Positions 1 to 9,318 of a DNA stretch of 64,000 bases are shown one piece after another. How positions within the stretch are numbered: position 1 is the first letter of the stretch; every line of letters begins with the position of its first letter. Under the pieces are notes generated by a model. The model was not told the origin of the DNA. It worked only from the letters and a program-made list of their open reading frames with translations, and did no database searches. The stretch comes from Acidobacteriota bacterium. Its GTDB lineage: Bacteria > Acidobacteriota > UBA890 > WLXD01. A program made the position numbers and the translations under genes. The DNA lies in assembly GCA_965205505.1 (NCBI GenBank), contig CBDBHB010000008.1:960001-1024000 (forward strand), given 5' to 3'.

Positions 1-58
1 GGACACCGTTGATCACACTGACCGGAATCATGGTTGATTGGTAGGGGGAATAGTCTCA

Positions 59-1216
59 ATGAATATTCAAAGACGTCGATTTCTGGGCAGCTTGTTGGGC
101 CCAGCGTTTCTGGCAGGAATGCCGCTCTCCACGCTCGTCCCCGGGTCACCCTCGCCAACCGTGGCAGCCGATGCAAACGCTACTTTGATCGACGAAGCAC
201 AACGTTGGGCGGTCTCGGAACGTGCGGCGGCTCTGCACGCTTCAGCCCTGGTGTGGGACGATCACGCTGGCTGGGGCTTTAACCAGGCCGAAGATCTCCA
301 GTGGCTGGCGCTGTGGAGCGCCGCCGGTGCGGACTTCCTCTCGGTGAACATCGGCTATGACGCCACCCCGTGGACGCTGGCTATCCAAGCGGTTTCGCAA
401 TACCGCCACTGGATTCGCGAGCACAGCGACCGTTTTGTTCAGGTCGAGACCTTTCAGGATGTGCAGATGGCAAGGCGCGAAAACAAATTGGCGGTCAGTT
501 TCGACCTGGAGGGTATGGGCGCCCTGAACGGTGATGTCGGCATGGTCGACTTTTATTACCGGCTGGGGGTTCGACAAATGCTCATCGCCTACAATCTCAA
601 CAACCTGGCGGGTGGCGGGTGCCACGACAACGACGCCGGCCTGACGCCATTCGGCCGCTCGGCGATTCGGGAAATGAATCGCGTCGGAATGCTGGTCGAC
701 TGTTCACACACCGGCTACCGAACTGCCCTCGAGGCAATGGATGTCTCCGATGCGCCGGTCATTTTCTCCCATTCGAACGCACGCAACCTCCAGGATCACG
801 AGCGAAACATCACCGACGACCTCATCGAGGCATGCGCTGCCACGGGCGGCGTGATCGCAATAAATGGTGTGCATCTGTATCTCGGGCCGCAGGACGGTAC
901 CGTCAATCGCCTGGTCGACCATATCGAATACATGGTTCAACTGGTTGGCCCGGAGCATGTAGGCATCGGCCTCGACAGCGTACCGGTGCAGATAACTGAC
1001 GACGCCCCGGCGGACCCGCAATACTGGCCGGCCGGCCAGTATCCCGCTTCCGCGGGCCCAGATCCGTTCGCCCAGGTCGTTCAGCCCGATGCCATCCCCC
1101 AGATCACCGAACGACTGCTTGATATCGGCTATGACGACAGCGCAATACTGGCGGTCATGGGAGGCAACTTTGCCCGCGTTGCGGAACAGGTCTGGAAGCC
1201 CGTGAATGCCGGCTAA
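59..1216 (+). CDS. Membrane dipeptidase (peptidase M19 family), probably Tat-exported
   Basis: RRRFL Tat-like leader; M19 motifs LEG, YYRLGVRQM, GMLVDCSH, FSHSNAR, HVGIGLD, MGGNF. ATG 59 chosen within ORF 38..1216. Confidence 0.9.
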   Translation: MNIQRRRFLGSLLGPAFLAGMPLSTLVPGSPSPTVAADANATLIDEAQRWAVSERAAALHASALVWDDHAGWGFNQAEDLQWLALWSAAGADFLSVNIGYDATPWTLAIQAVSQYRHWIREHSDRFVQVETFQDVQMARRENKLAVSFDLEGMGALNGDVGMVDFYYRLGVRQMLIAYNLNNLAGGGCHDNDAGLTPFGRSAIREMNRVGMLVDCSHTGYRTALEAMDVSDAPVIFSHSNARNLQDHERNITDDLIEACAATGGVIAINGVHLYLGPQDGTVNRLVDHIEYMVQLVGPEHVGIGLDSVPVQITDDAPADPQYWPAGQYPASAGPDPFAQVVQPDAIPQITERLLDIGYDDSAILAVMGGNFARVAEQVWKPVNAG

Positions 1217-1281
1217 AGGCCGGTCTCGACTACGCCCGGAAGCTACGTCGGCGGCAGGGTCGTCTGGGCGACGCTTGGTTG

Positions 1282-2652
1282 CTAGCAGGCCGTGGTGAAA
1301 GTGTGGTGGGTCAAGACGGTGACGTGATCGACATCTTGGAGGGACCATGTATGCGTGCGATCGATGGTGTCATTCTGATAGTTGGCGCGATTCAGTTGGC
1401 GACTCTGGGCCAGGGCGGCAAACGGGTCATCAAGATGACCGGCGGGGACCACGATATGCCGGCAAGTGCGGCAGTGGTCGCCGGAGACTATGTGTACGTA
1501 TCCGGACAATTCGGACGCGAACCTGACGGTAGGTTCGGCGACATCAAGGCCCAAACGCGTCGGGCTCTCGACAACATTTCCGCGATCCTGCACGAAGCAG
1601 GCACCAGCCTAGAGCAGGCGGTGTCCAGTTACGTGTACCTGCGGAGCAGGGGTGACTTCAGGGCCATGAACGACGAGTACAAGGCCTATCCAGGCTGGCC
1701 CAAGACCACACACAAGACCGCGCGAGGCGACGATTTGGACCTCCCGGTCCGGACGACGATGACCGGCGACCTATTGGCACCATCCGGAGCGCTGGTGGAA
1801 ATTACGATCATCGCACTTCGCAAGGGAGCTGAGCGCACAATCGTCCAGCCCGCCGAATGGGGGAAGTCGAATCTGCCCTACCCGTGGGCAATCAAGTCGG
1901 GCGACACGCTGTGGATTTCAGGACTCGTCGCCAGCAACAAGCGAGGGGGCCAGTACATACGTGGCGACATGAGAAAGGACGTGACCCAAACCCTGACTGA
2001 TATCGGGGAGGCGTTGTCGACGGCTGGAATGTCACATGCCGACGTCGTCTTCTCGCGTGTCTATATCCAGGATCAGGCGCTGGCGAAAGAGATGGACGAG
2101 GCCTATCGCACATTCTTCCCCAAAGAACCTCCGGCGCGAGCGACCCTCAGGGCCGGCATCATGGGCAGAATCCTTGATGAAATCACTACGATCGCCGTCG
2201 AGGCTCCGAAGACGATTGTCAGCATTCCGAATGCTGACGTCGCGCCCTCGGCGAGCCCCGCGGTCGTTGTAGGCAATCGCTTTTTCAGCAGCGGTATTCA
2301 GGGCGTGACCGACGCGACGAGAGGTGACGCGAACGCGCAGACGCGGGAAGTGCTGGCAAGGCTGGGTCGTGGGTTGGAAACAGCCGGCTTCGAGTGGCGG
2401 CACGTCGTTGATGCGTGGGTTCTTCTGAGTGACACGCGGGATTACCCTGCGATGGTTGATGCGTACCGCGAGGTCTTCAGAGGGGATTATCCGGCTTGGA
2501 CCGTGGTCGGCGAACAGCCGCTTGGTCGTGGGGTCGTGCAAATTCAAATCATGGCGGTGAAATAACTAGGAAACCTTTCGCCTCGCCACACGCTGCGCTT
2601 AGCGGGAATGCGATCTCGCCAGACCCACCACACTTTCACCACGGCCTGCTAG
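1282..2652. mobile_element. Non-autonomous composite element: type-A TIR pair with CTAG on both outer sides, carrying a RidA-family gene
   Basis: CTAG 1282-1285 + CAGGCCGTGGTGAAAGTGTGGTGGGTC 1286-1312; reverse-complement TIR 2619-2648 + CTAG 2649-2652. No transposase inside. Confidence 0.7.
1351..2565 (+). CDS. Triple-domain RidA/YjgF/UK114 family protein with hydrophobic N-terminus
   Basis: Three Rid repeats (YVSGQ..AQTRRALDNI..LPVRT; WISG..PPARAT; FSSG..YPAWT); GGAGG RBS before ATG 1351. Confidence 0.88.
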   Translation: MRAIDGVILIVGAIQLATLGQGGKRVIKMTGGDHDMPASAAVVAGDYVYVSGQFGREPDGRFGDIKAQTRRALDNISAILHEAGTSLEQAVSSYVYLRSRGDFRAMNDEYKAYPGWPKTTHKTARGDDLDLPVRTTMTGDLLAPSGALVEITIIALRKGAERTIVQPAEWGKSNLPYPWAIKSGDTLWISGLVASNKRGGQYIRGDMRKDVTQTLTDIGEALSTAGMSHADVVFSRVYIQDQALAKEMDEAYRTFFPKEPPARATLRAGIMGRILDEITTIAVEAPKTIVSIPNADVAPSASPAVVVGNRFFSSGIQGVTDATRGDANAQTREVLARLGRGLETAGFEWRHVVDAWVLLSDTRDYPAMVDAYREVFRGDYPAWTVVGEQPLGRGVVQIQIMAVK

Positions 2653-2739
2653 GCTTGGCGGCCATTCGAGGGTCCGCACCTGAGGTAATCATTTCCGCCT
2701 ACGACGGTGCCGGCCCGCTGCAAGCAGGAGGCCTACCTG

Positions 2740-4227
2740 ATGAGAGCTCCAACGACCACATCGTTCGCCCTAACCGTGCTCATCGGACTTCAGGTGGTCC
2801 TGGGCGGAGGCGCACTTCGGGGGCAAGCCGCTGTAGACACGGGGCTTCTCACACGGCCGGGTCAGGCGGTGGTGATTCGTGGCGGGTGGTTATTCGATGG
2901 GGTCGCGGACACCCGCGTACGGAACGAAGGGCTCCTCATCCGGGGAGGGAAGTTCCTCGACGTCGACGGCGGCCTCGGTAGCTACGAGGTCCAGGGCGCG
3001 CTCGTCGTTGATCTAGACGATGAGGAGACGATCATGCCGGGCATGTTCGATCTTCATGCCCATCACCGCGTGGGATTCGGCACGGACGACGCCGAGGAAA
3101 CCAGATGGGTTCCCATGCTGCATCTGGCGAACGGCGTGACATCCACGTTCCCGGCTGGCGAGCTCGATCCTGAAGGCATGATGGAGGCTCGCCGCCGGAT
3201 CGAATCCGGGGAGCAGATCGGGGCTCGGATCTTCAACTCGGGACCCTATTTCGGCAACGCGCGCAATCAGTGCCCAGAGGTTCGAACCTACCAGGACAGC
3301 TGCGCGCACTGGCCCGCTGACATAACGGACCAGCAGATCCGTGATCGTGTCGACGAGTGGGCGCTCCGTGGGATCAGGGGTATCAAGGCGAAGCAAGCGA
3401 GTGCGCGCGAGCTTGGGATCATCATCGACCAGGCCCACCGGCATGGGATTACCGTGACCGCACACCTCCACAACTACGCGGGTCGCGGCACCGACGTCAG
3501 TGTGCGTGATGCAATTCTCATGGGCATCGATCGTGTGGAGCACTCATTCTTTGACCAGCCTCTGATTCTAGCCGGGCAGATGGCGCCCGGGACATCGGAG
3601 TTCGACGAGAGGATACGTCTGTTCGTCGATCACAACGTCTACTTCGACGGCACGAACTGGCTGTACGGCCAGGCCGTAATCGAAGCCGAAGTCGACTCCA
3701 GCGAGGTGGCTGAGGTCGATACGGACCGATTCCTCACGCCCTATCTCCGGAGCTTGCGATCGGGGAGGGGGCCCAGGGGTGGCGCCGACTCCCAGCTCAC
3801 CGAGCAGGAGCGGGAGTGGGACCGGATCAACGGTACCGATGGGTACACAACGGTTTTCCACAACAAGGCTCCGGCGTTGCTGAGGCTCTATGAGCTGGGT
3901 GGGGGGCATCTCATCACCACGGGGACGGACAGCTGGAGCGGTTTCAGCATCCACAACGAGTTGTTCGCCCTCGCGTATGTCGGTCTCCCGCTGCACGCCG
4001 TGCTGAAGGCCGCGACGATAAACGGGGCCAGCGCCCTGGGTGTCGGTGATGGGCTCGGAACGATCGAGCCAGGCAAGATAGCGGACCTCTATGTTCTGCG
4101 AGGCAATCCCCTGGATGACATCCTCGCCACTCGGAACGGTCATTTGGTGATGAAGGCGGGACAGCTCTACGACGTAGAGACTCTCATCCGAGCAGCGGAG
4201 GGGAAAATAGGCCCGACCGGGCCGTAA
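2740..4227 (+). CDS. Exported metal-dependent amidohydrolase
   Basis: PGMFDLHAH, VTAH, DRVEH, TGTD, AATINGA..GTIEPGKIADL; AGGAGG RBS; signal peptide. Confidence 0.9.
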   Translation: MRAPTTTSFALTVLIGLQVVLGGGALRGQAAVDTGLLTRPGQAVVIRGGWLFDGVADTRVRNEGLLIRGGKFLDVDGGLGSYEVQGALVVDLDDEETIMPGMFDLHAHHRVGFGTDDAEETRWVPMLHLANGVTSTFPAGELDPEGMMEARRRIESGEQIGARIFNSGPYFGNARNQCPEVRTYQDSCAHWPADITDQQIRDRVDEWALRGIRGIKAKQASARELGIIIDQAHRHGITVTAHLHNYAGRGTDVSVRDAILMGIDRVEHSFFDQPLILAGQMAPGTSEFDERIRLFVDHNVYFDGTNWLYGQAVIEAEVDSSEVAEVDTDRFLTPYLRSLRSGRGPRGGADSQLTEQEREWDRINGTDGYTTVFHNKAPALLRLYELGGGHLITTGTDSWSGFSIHNELFALAYVGLPLHAVLKAATINGASALGVGDGLGTIEPGKIADLYVLRGNPLDDILATRNGHLVMKAGQLYDVETLIRAAEGKIGPTGP

Positions 4228-4261
4228 GAGCCCTGCAGGTAGCCAAGTAACGCTACCTACG

Positions 4262-4687
4262 TCAATTCTCTGGGAAGCCCCTCTCATGCCGGGGCAAGCC
4301 GTCATCTAGACGGAGCCAGTCGAGCCAGCGCACCGTCCAGAGATGCTCCCCGGGTGTCATCTGTTCCGGCTCGTCCAGGCTACAGACGGTCACCCAGACC
4401 CCTCCCCCCGAATCGTCCGGCCGCTGGTAGGTCATCTGGGTGCCACAGGCGTTGCAAAACTGACGGCGGACTCGGGCTCCGGCGTCGTTCCGGGACTCGT
4501 AGCATCCCGGTGAGCCTGCTGTGAGTTCGAACTCGTCGGCATCGAAGTTAGCCCAGGCCAAGAAGGGGGCACCTGAAGACCGGCGGCAATCACTGCAGTG
4601 GCAGAAGTGCACCCGAGCATCCGCCAACATCCCGCGATAGCGAATGGCGCCACAGAAACAACCACCCTCGACGATCACACCCTCCAC
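4262..4687 (-). CDS. GFA/CENP-V family Zn-binding protein
   Basis: GGCFCGAIRY, CHCSDCRR, RQFCNACGT motifs. Confidence 0.92.
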   Translation of the reverse strand: MEGVIVEGGCFCGAIRYRGMLADARVHFCHCSDCRRSSGAPFLAWANFDADEFELTAGSPGCYESRNDAGARVRRQFCNACGTQMTYQRPDDSGGGVWVTVCSLDEPEQMTPGEHLWTVRWLDWLRLDDGLPRHERGFPEN

Positions 4688-4752
4688 TGGATCCTCCCGG
4701 CCGTCTCATGGCCTGGTTTTGATTGATCTACCCGCGCAGTTGGCACCACGTA

Positions 4753-4845
4753 TCAGTCGGGGGTCTGCCCCGTCAGGGACTCGCTTGGCGCAAAGAGCGT
4801 GACGACCAACAGCAATGCTCCGGCACCTTTCATCGCGTTCGTCAC
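4753..4845 (-). pseudogene. 5' stub of an exported-protein gene (signal peptide only)
   Basis: GGGAGAG RBS, then (V)TNAMKGAGALLLVVTLFAPSESLTGQTPD followed by a stop. Confidence 0.4.
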
Positions 4846-4912
4846 TAGTCTCTCCCGCGCCCCAGTGCGTTGGCCCCTCCTCTTGATAAATCCGATACAC
4901 ACCATGCTTCGT

Positions 4913-5242
4913 TCAAGCCCGAGTGACCTCCGTGATCCATTGGAGATACGGATCAGACCCGGCCGTGATTGGAAGACAGATTACCTCTGGGACATCGTAG
5001 GAATGCTCAGATTGCAGGACGGTCTCAATTTCATCATAGAGATCACGACGGGTCTTGATGAGTACTAGGGTTTCCGGCTCATTGGCGATGGCGCCTTGCC
5101 AAACGTAAAGACTATGGATGGGCAGAATCTGAACACATGCCGCGAGGCCATGACCAAGTAATGAGGACGCAAGCGAACGAGCTTGCTCTTGGTCGGACGC
5201 AGTGGTCATGACGACGCAGTAGTTTTGATTTTGTTCAGGCAT
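4913..5242 (-). CDS. cutA: Divalent-cation tolerance protein CutA
   Basis: LAACVQI, SLYVWQG, E..VLIKT, HSYDVPEVI, YLQWI. Confidence 0.95.
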   Translation of the reverse strand: MPEQNQNYCVVMTTASDQEQARSLASSLLGHGLAACVQILPIHSLYVWQGAIANEPETLVLIKTRRDLYDEIETVLQSEHSYDVPEVICLPITAGSDPYLQWITEVTRA

Positions 5243-5264
5243 AGCGTTGTGTACTCCCTGTTCC

Positions 5265-5350
5265 GAGAATTCGCGGCATACACCAGATGCGAGCCGTCGG
5301 GTGAAAGGGCCATCGAGGGGACCGCCTCAAACCCGAACGACAACTGCGGA
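5265..5350 (-). pseudogene. Internal fragment of a PD40/WD40-like repeat gene
   Basis: Translates to PSMALSPDGSHLVYAANS, a typical SPDG repeat with no start or stop context. Confidence 0.4.
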
Positions 5351-5423
5351 AGACCTCAAGAGGAGCCACTTCTTCGGATTCTAGGTGGAGAGAGACGAAT
5401 GTACCGCCTGCCAGACGAGGCGC

Positions 5424-6522
5424 TCAGCCTATGACCTCCTCGTACACGCGGTAGAGGTTGCGCCCCATGATCTTCTCGATCTGATCCTCCGAGTAGCCCC
5501 GATCGACCAGCCCGGCCCAGACGACATCCATGCGGCGCGGGCCGTTGAGCTCGTCGATGAAGTAGGGCAGCTCGCTGTTGGTGACCTGGCTCCCCTCCTC
5601 GGCCCTGAGCTCGGCCTCGTACTCTGGGGTCATCTCGATGACGCGATGGTCACGGTCGCTGCCGATGCACACGTGATCGACGCCCGCCACCTGGACGGCG
5701 TGGTCGATGTGGTCGAAATAGGTGTGCAGGTTGTCCTGCTTCTTCAAGGTCAGGAAGGGGCGTAGCTGGCAAACTCCCACCAGGCCACCGTGCTCGGCGA
5801 GCAGGCGGAGGTTGGCATCGGTGGTATTGCGTTCATGTGGGTGCACGGCATTGCAGGCGGTGTGGGAGATGATCACCGGCCGGCTCGAATACGCGATCGT
5901 GTCGGCCATCGTCTGCATGTTGGCGTGCGAGAGGTCCACCAGCATGCCGATGTCGTTCATGCAGTCGACCATCTGGCGTCCGAACTCGGTCAGACCGCCC
6001 TCGTCGCCAGCGGCCCGGCAGCCGACGCCGGCGAGGTTGCGCTCGTTGTATGTGACCTGACAGCTCGTCAGGCCAAGCCGATGGAACATCTCCACGCGGT
6101 CGAGGTCATCGTCGAACTGGGTCGCATTCTGGTACAAGTAGAAGACGGCCATGCGTCCGGAGTCACGCGCCTCGTCGATGTGGGCGACGGACGTTGCCTT
6201 GACGAACAGGTCGGGGTGGGTCCCGAGGTAACGGTCGTATTCCATCAGGCCGTCGACGGCGAGTTCCAGTGCCTCCGCCCCCCTCTGCTTTCGGATCGCA
6301 GAGCGTCACCGTGATGGAGTCGATCCCGCTGGCCAGCATTTCTCGAACCAAGGGCGGCTCGTAGATCGGACGCAGCTCGCCCATCGCGTCCATGATCAAC
6401 GCGCTGGGGTTGGGCGGCCCCGAGAAATAGGGCGCGCTGCCCCCACTGACGGTCGCGCCGGGTCCGAGCCAACCAGCTGCGGCCGCGGCACCCGAGTGCT
6501 TCAGGAACGCTCGTCGGTTCAT
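5424..6522 (-). pseudogene. Membrane dipeptidase (M19), Tat-exported, split by a +1 frameshift
   Basis: ORF 6163..6522 (NRRAFL leader, IDSITVTL) joins ORF 5424..6245 (GMLVDLSH, ISHT, HVCIGSD) if one G is removed from the G6 run at 6278-6283. May be a homopolymer sequencing error. Confidence 0.8.
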
Positions 6523-6531
6523 GCTTTGCTC

Positions 6532-7209
6532 CTATAGCAGACCGTGGTGAAGAGTGTACGCCGTCCGTCGCGACCCCCCGAGACTCTCTCTGACAGCGGC
6601 AACGCACTCGACGCCGAGCGGCAGGTCTTGAGCCAGCAGCAGCCGCCGGTCCAACGTGCCGCGCAACAGACCGTCCTGAGAGTGGGAATGCTCTGGCACG
6701 ATAGCGTGGACGAGCTCATGCACGAGAATCCGAGCGAATGCCCGCGTCGTCCGATGATGACAACGTGTCCCGCCGCGACAATTGGCGCGTTGTCTGCCCC
6801 CCAGGACATGGAAGATCCGCTCCGGAAAGATGATGACGCGGCGTCCTAGCGCCCACCTGGGTACGAACATCCCCATCGCCCGTGCCTTCACACCCCACGC
6901 ACTGGGCGGTCTTGCCGTAAGCGTCACCAGGTAGGAATCCGCGGCGGCCGGACGCCAGAATTCGCTCTCGGCTTCGGCGCTGGTGGAATTCTCTCCAGAC
7001 CAGGTGGCGCGGATGCCGATCTCACTCAGGAGGGTTACAGCCTGGTCGCCCATGGCTACCAAGAAGCTCTCGTCGAAGCCGACGCGGTCCGAAATGACGA
7101 AGTGGAGATGCGGAACAGGATCGGACGCCGCTGGTTTCTTCCCCGATTCTCCAAGCCAGCCATGCAATGCGAGCGACACAACGAGATTCAACACGAGTAC
7201 CAGGTACAT
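6532..7209 (-). CDS. Hypothetical secreted protein with HExxH zincin-like motif
   Basis: Hydrophobic N-terminus; ARILVHELVHAIVPEHSH..GLLR. The final residues LHHGLL are encoded by a degenerate TIR. Confidence 0.65.
   Translation of the reverse strand: MYLVLVLNLVVSLALHGWLGESGKKPAASDPVPHLHFVISDRVGFDESFLVAMGDQAVTLLSEIGIRATWSGENSTSAEAESEFWRPAAADSYLVTLTARPPSAWGVKARAMGMFVPRWALGRRVIIFPERIFHVLGGRQRANCRGGTRCHHRTTRAFARILVHELVHAIVPEHSHSQDGLLRGTLDRRLLLAQDLPLGVECVAAVRESLGGSRRTAYTLHHGLL
6535..6557 (+). repeat. Degenerate orphan type-A element end
   Basis: TAG CAGACCGTGGTGAAGAGTGT versus consensus TAG CAGGCCGTGGTGAA-AGTGT. Confidence 0.7.
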
Positions 7210-7519
7210 GCTAATCACACATTTGGGGATGCAATGGAGCGGGTCATTCCAAGTCGCCCCAGATATGTCGTGCCGGAGCCGCCTTTCGGGCACCGCTTAC
7301 GTATGCGGCGGGCAACCTCGGCTCTCCCCGGCCAATTGCCTCCGATACACGACGCGGTTTCGGTACCCCAGCAACGGGGCATACAAGTCGGGTACTACCG
7401 GGCAGCGCTGTGACGCATATAACGACCCCGTAGGGGAGCACCTGCCGGACCGAAGTCGAACTCTTTTTGAAGCCGCAAGTCGAGCTGCCTGAACGGGTCG
7501 ACGGTGCGGTTGCCGTTGC

Positions 7520-7806
7520 TGCAGATCGAACAGCTCCGGCTGCGGCGACATGATCAGCTTGTAACGGTCGCTACGTAGCGTCTTGAGCTCGCTCCAGCCG
7601 AAGTGCAGTCGCGGGTAATAGGACTCGGCATAGACCGCATCGCGCCATGGAGCCTCGTCACGCCCCAGCGGTGACCAGCAGGACGTTGTAGTCGCCGTCA
7701 TCGCGGAGCTCGTCGAAGCTCGGCGACGAGGTCGAGCAACCCGAGCTGCCAACCAGCAGCCCCAACAGAACCGCGCAGCTCGCAGGTACCTGGTGCCGGC
7801 GCCCAT
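7520..7806 (-). pseudogene. Sulfatase remnant with a large internal deletion
   Basis: Lipoprotein leader + YNVLLVT (sulfatase N-terminus) abuts VYAESYYPRLHFGWSELKTLRSDRYKLI..PELFDL (C-terminal part) in another frame. Confidence 0.75.
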
Positions 7807-7911
7807 ATGGGCTCACGGACCGTGGTCCGCGCAAAACATCGCGTGACGTCCTACTACTCCTGGCCACTGCACCCCAACTGCCGATTGGCAACCAAGGTCA
7901 CATGGAAGCGA

Positions 7912-9318
7912 TCAACTGACGATGTAGATCCCGTAGTTTGGGACCTGAATCCATTCGACGCCGTTGGGTCCGACCACTTGCGGATTCGAAAAGTTGATAG
8001 AGATCGGATATCCGGGCCGGTCCGGCAGGTTGGTGTGGACGGCGTATTCGAACGCGAAGATGTGGTTCGGGCGGATAACCAGGTCGTCCCGATCGCGGCG
8101 GAATGGCGCGATCGACGGCCCGACCGTCATGAGCTCGCCGTTGTTGTTGCCCTGGGCGTGAAGATCCAGGTAGAAACCGGGGCTGTCGGTGCCGGCGAGA
8201 TAATCCTGGACCATTCGGTAATCCTCTTCTCCATCGTCAGTGAAAGGCGTGTAGATGTATCCCTCCGCCTCCAGCGCGGCGACGATTTCCTCGAGCGCCT
8301 CTCCCGAGGTCATGCCGACCCGTACGTGCTCTCGCATGATTCCCTGCGCTCTCTTGCCGAAGTCCCAAGCCCGCTGGAGGCTCTCCGGAACTTCGGTCTC
8401 GCCGTCGCGAAGGATGTACGCCTGGAGCTTGGAGTCGACTGAAAACGAGGAGAACCCGAAGTCGAAGATCCGCTCGACACCGTAGTTGAGGCTGATGAAA
8501 TCACCGCCCTGAAGCACGTAGTTGCGACTGTGGGCCGGGGAGGAAGTCTGCGGCGCTGCCTTGCCTTCTGCAGTGGCCGAATAGAGGACGGAGCCACGGC
8601 GGAGGTCGCCGACCTTCGTCTTGCCGGGAACGATGCTCTCGAGTTGCGCGATCGCCGCCTGACGGGCGGCTTCGAGCGTGATCGCCTGGATGGCGACCTC
8701 GAGAGAGAGGCGGCGCGAGCGAAAATCGGTGATGAGATGCTCCGCCGATACGATCCGGGAGGAAAGCTCGGGCCCGAGGATTTGCTCGAGCTTTGTAAAT
8801 TGCGTGTGGGAAATGCTGTCAGCAACCGCCAGCCAATCGGAAACATTCACGGCGATCGTCTGCGGGTCGTGCGTTTCCACGTACTCTCTCAGCTCATCGT
8901 AGACCGCAAAATCCACGTTGCCGTGGTCGTAGCCGGTGAGAGCGCGTGAAATCTCCATCGATCCAAAGACGTCGATGTTTTCGATGGCGCCCCCTCCACC
9001 AAAGACCTCACCGAAGACTGCTCGTTCGACCCGATCGCCAAGGTCGGTGAAGATAATGAAACCGCCGATCCTGCCGAACTCGTAGGCGAGCGGATCGGGG
9101 TTGCCCTGGCGCGCGGCGTGAATCCACATGTCGACGTTGTTGTCGCGCATGGCGCTGGGGAGAATGAGATCGAGCCGGTCGTTGCGGATCAAGCGAAGCC
9201 ACTCGTCCTGATCAGGCTTCGGCATCTGCTCCTGTGCGCCGGCCGGTAGTCCGACGCCCAGCATGAACGCGATGAGGGCCAATACGAGGCGAGCTTGCAT
9301 CCTCCTGTCCTTCGTCAA
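7912..9318 (-). CDS. Exported M24-family (Xaa-Pro aminopeptidase-like) protein
   Basis: AMRDNNVDMWI, DPQTIAVN, ADSISHT, RIVSAE, DLHAQG, FAFEY; paralog of the genes at 26453 and 45498. Confidence 0.85.
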   Translation of the reverse strand: MTKDRRMQARLVLALIAFMLGVGLPAGAQEQMPKPDQDEWLRLIRNDRLDLILPSAMRDNNVDMWIHAARQGNPDPLAYEFGRIGGFIIFTDLGDRVERAVFGEVFGGGGAIENIDVFGSMEISRALTGYDHGNVDFAVYDELREYVETHDPQTIAVNVSDWLAVADSISHTQFTKLEQILGPELSSRIVSAEHLITDFRSRRLSLEVAIQAITLEAARQAAIAQLESIVPGKTKVGDLRRGSVLYSATAEGKAAPQTSSPAHSRNYVLQGGDFISLNYGVERIFDFGFSSFSVDSKLQAYILRDGETEVPESLQRAWDFGKRAQGIMREHVRVGMTSGEALEEIVAALEAEGYIYTPFTDDGEEDYRMVQDYLAGTDSPGFYLDLHAQGNNNGELMTVGPSIAPFRRDRDDLVIRPNHIFAFEYAVHTNLPDRPGYPISINFSNPQVVGPNGVEWIQVPNYGIYIVS

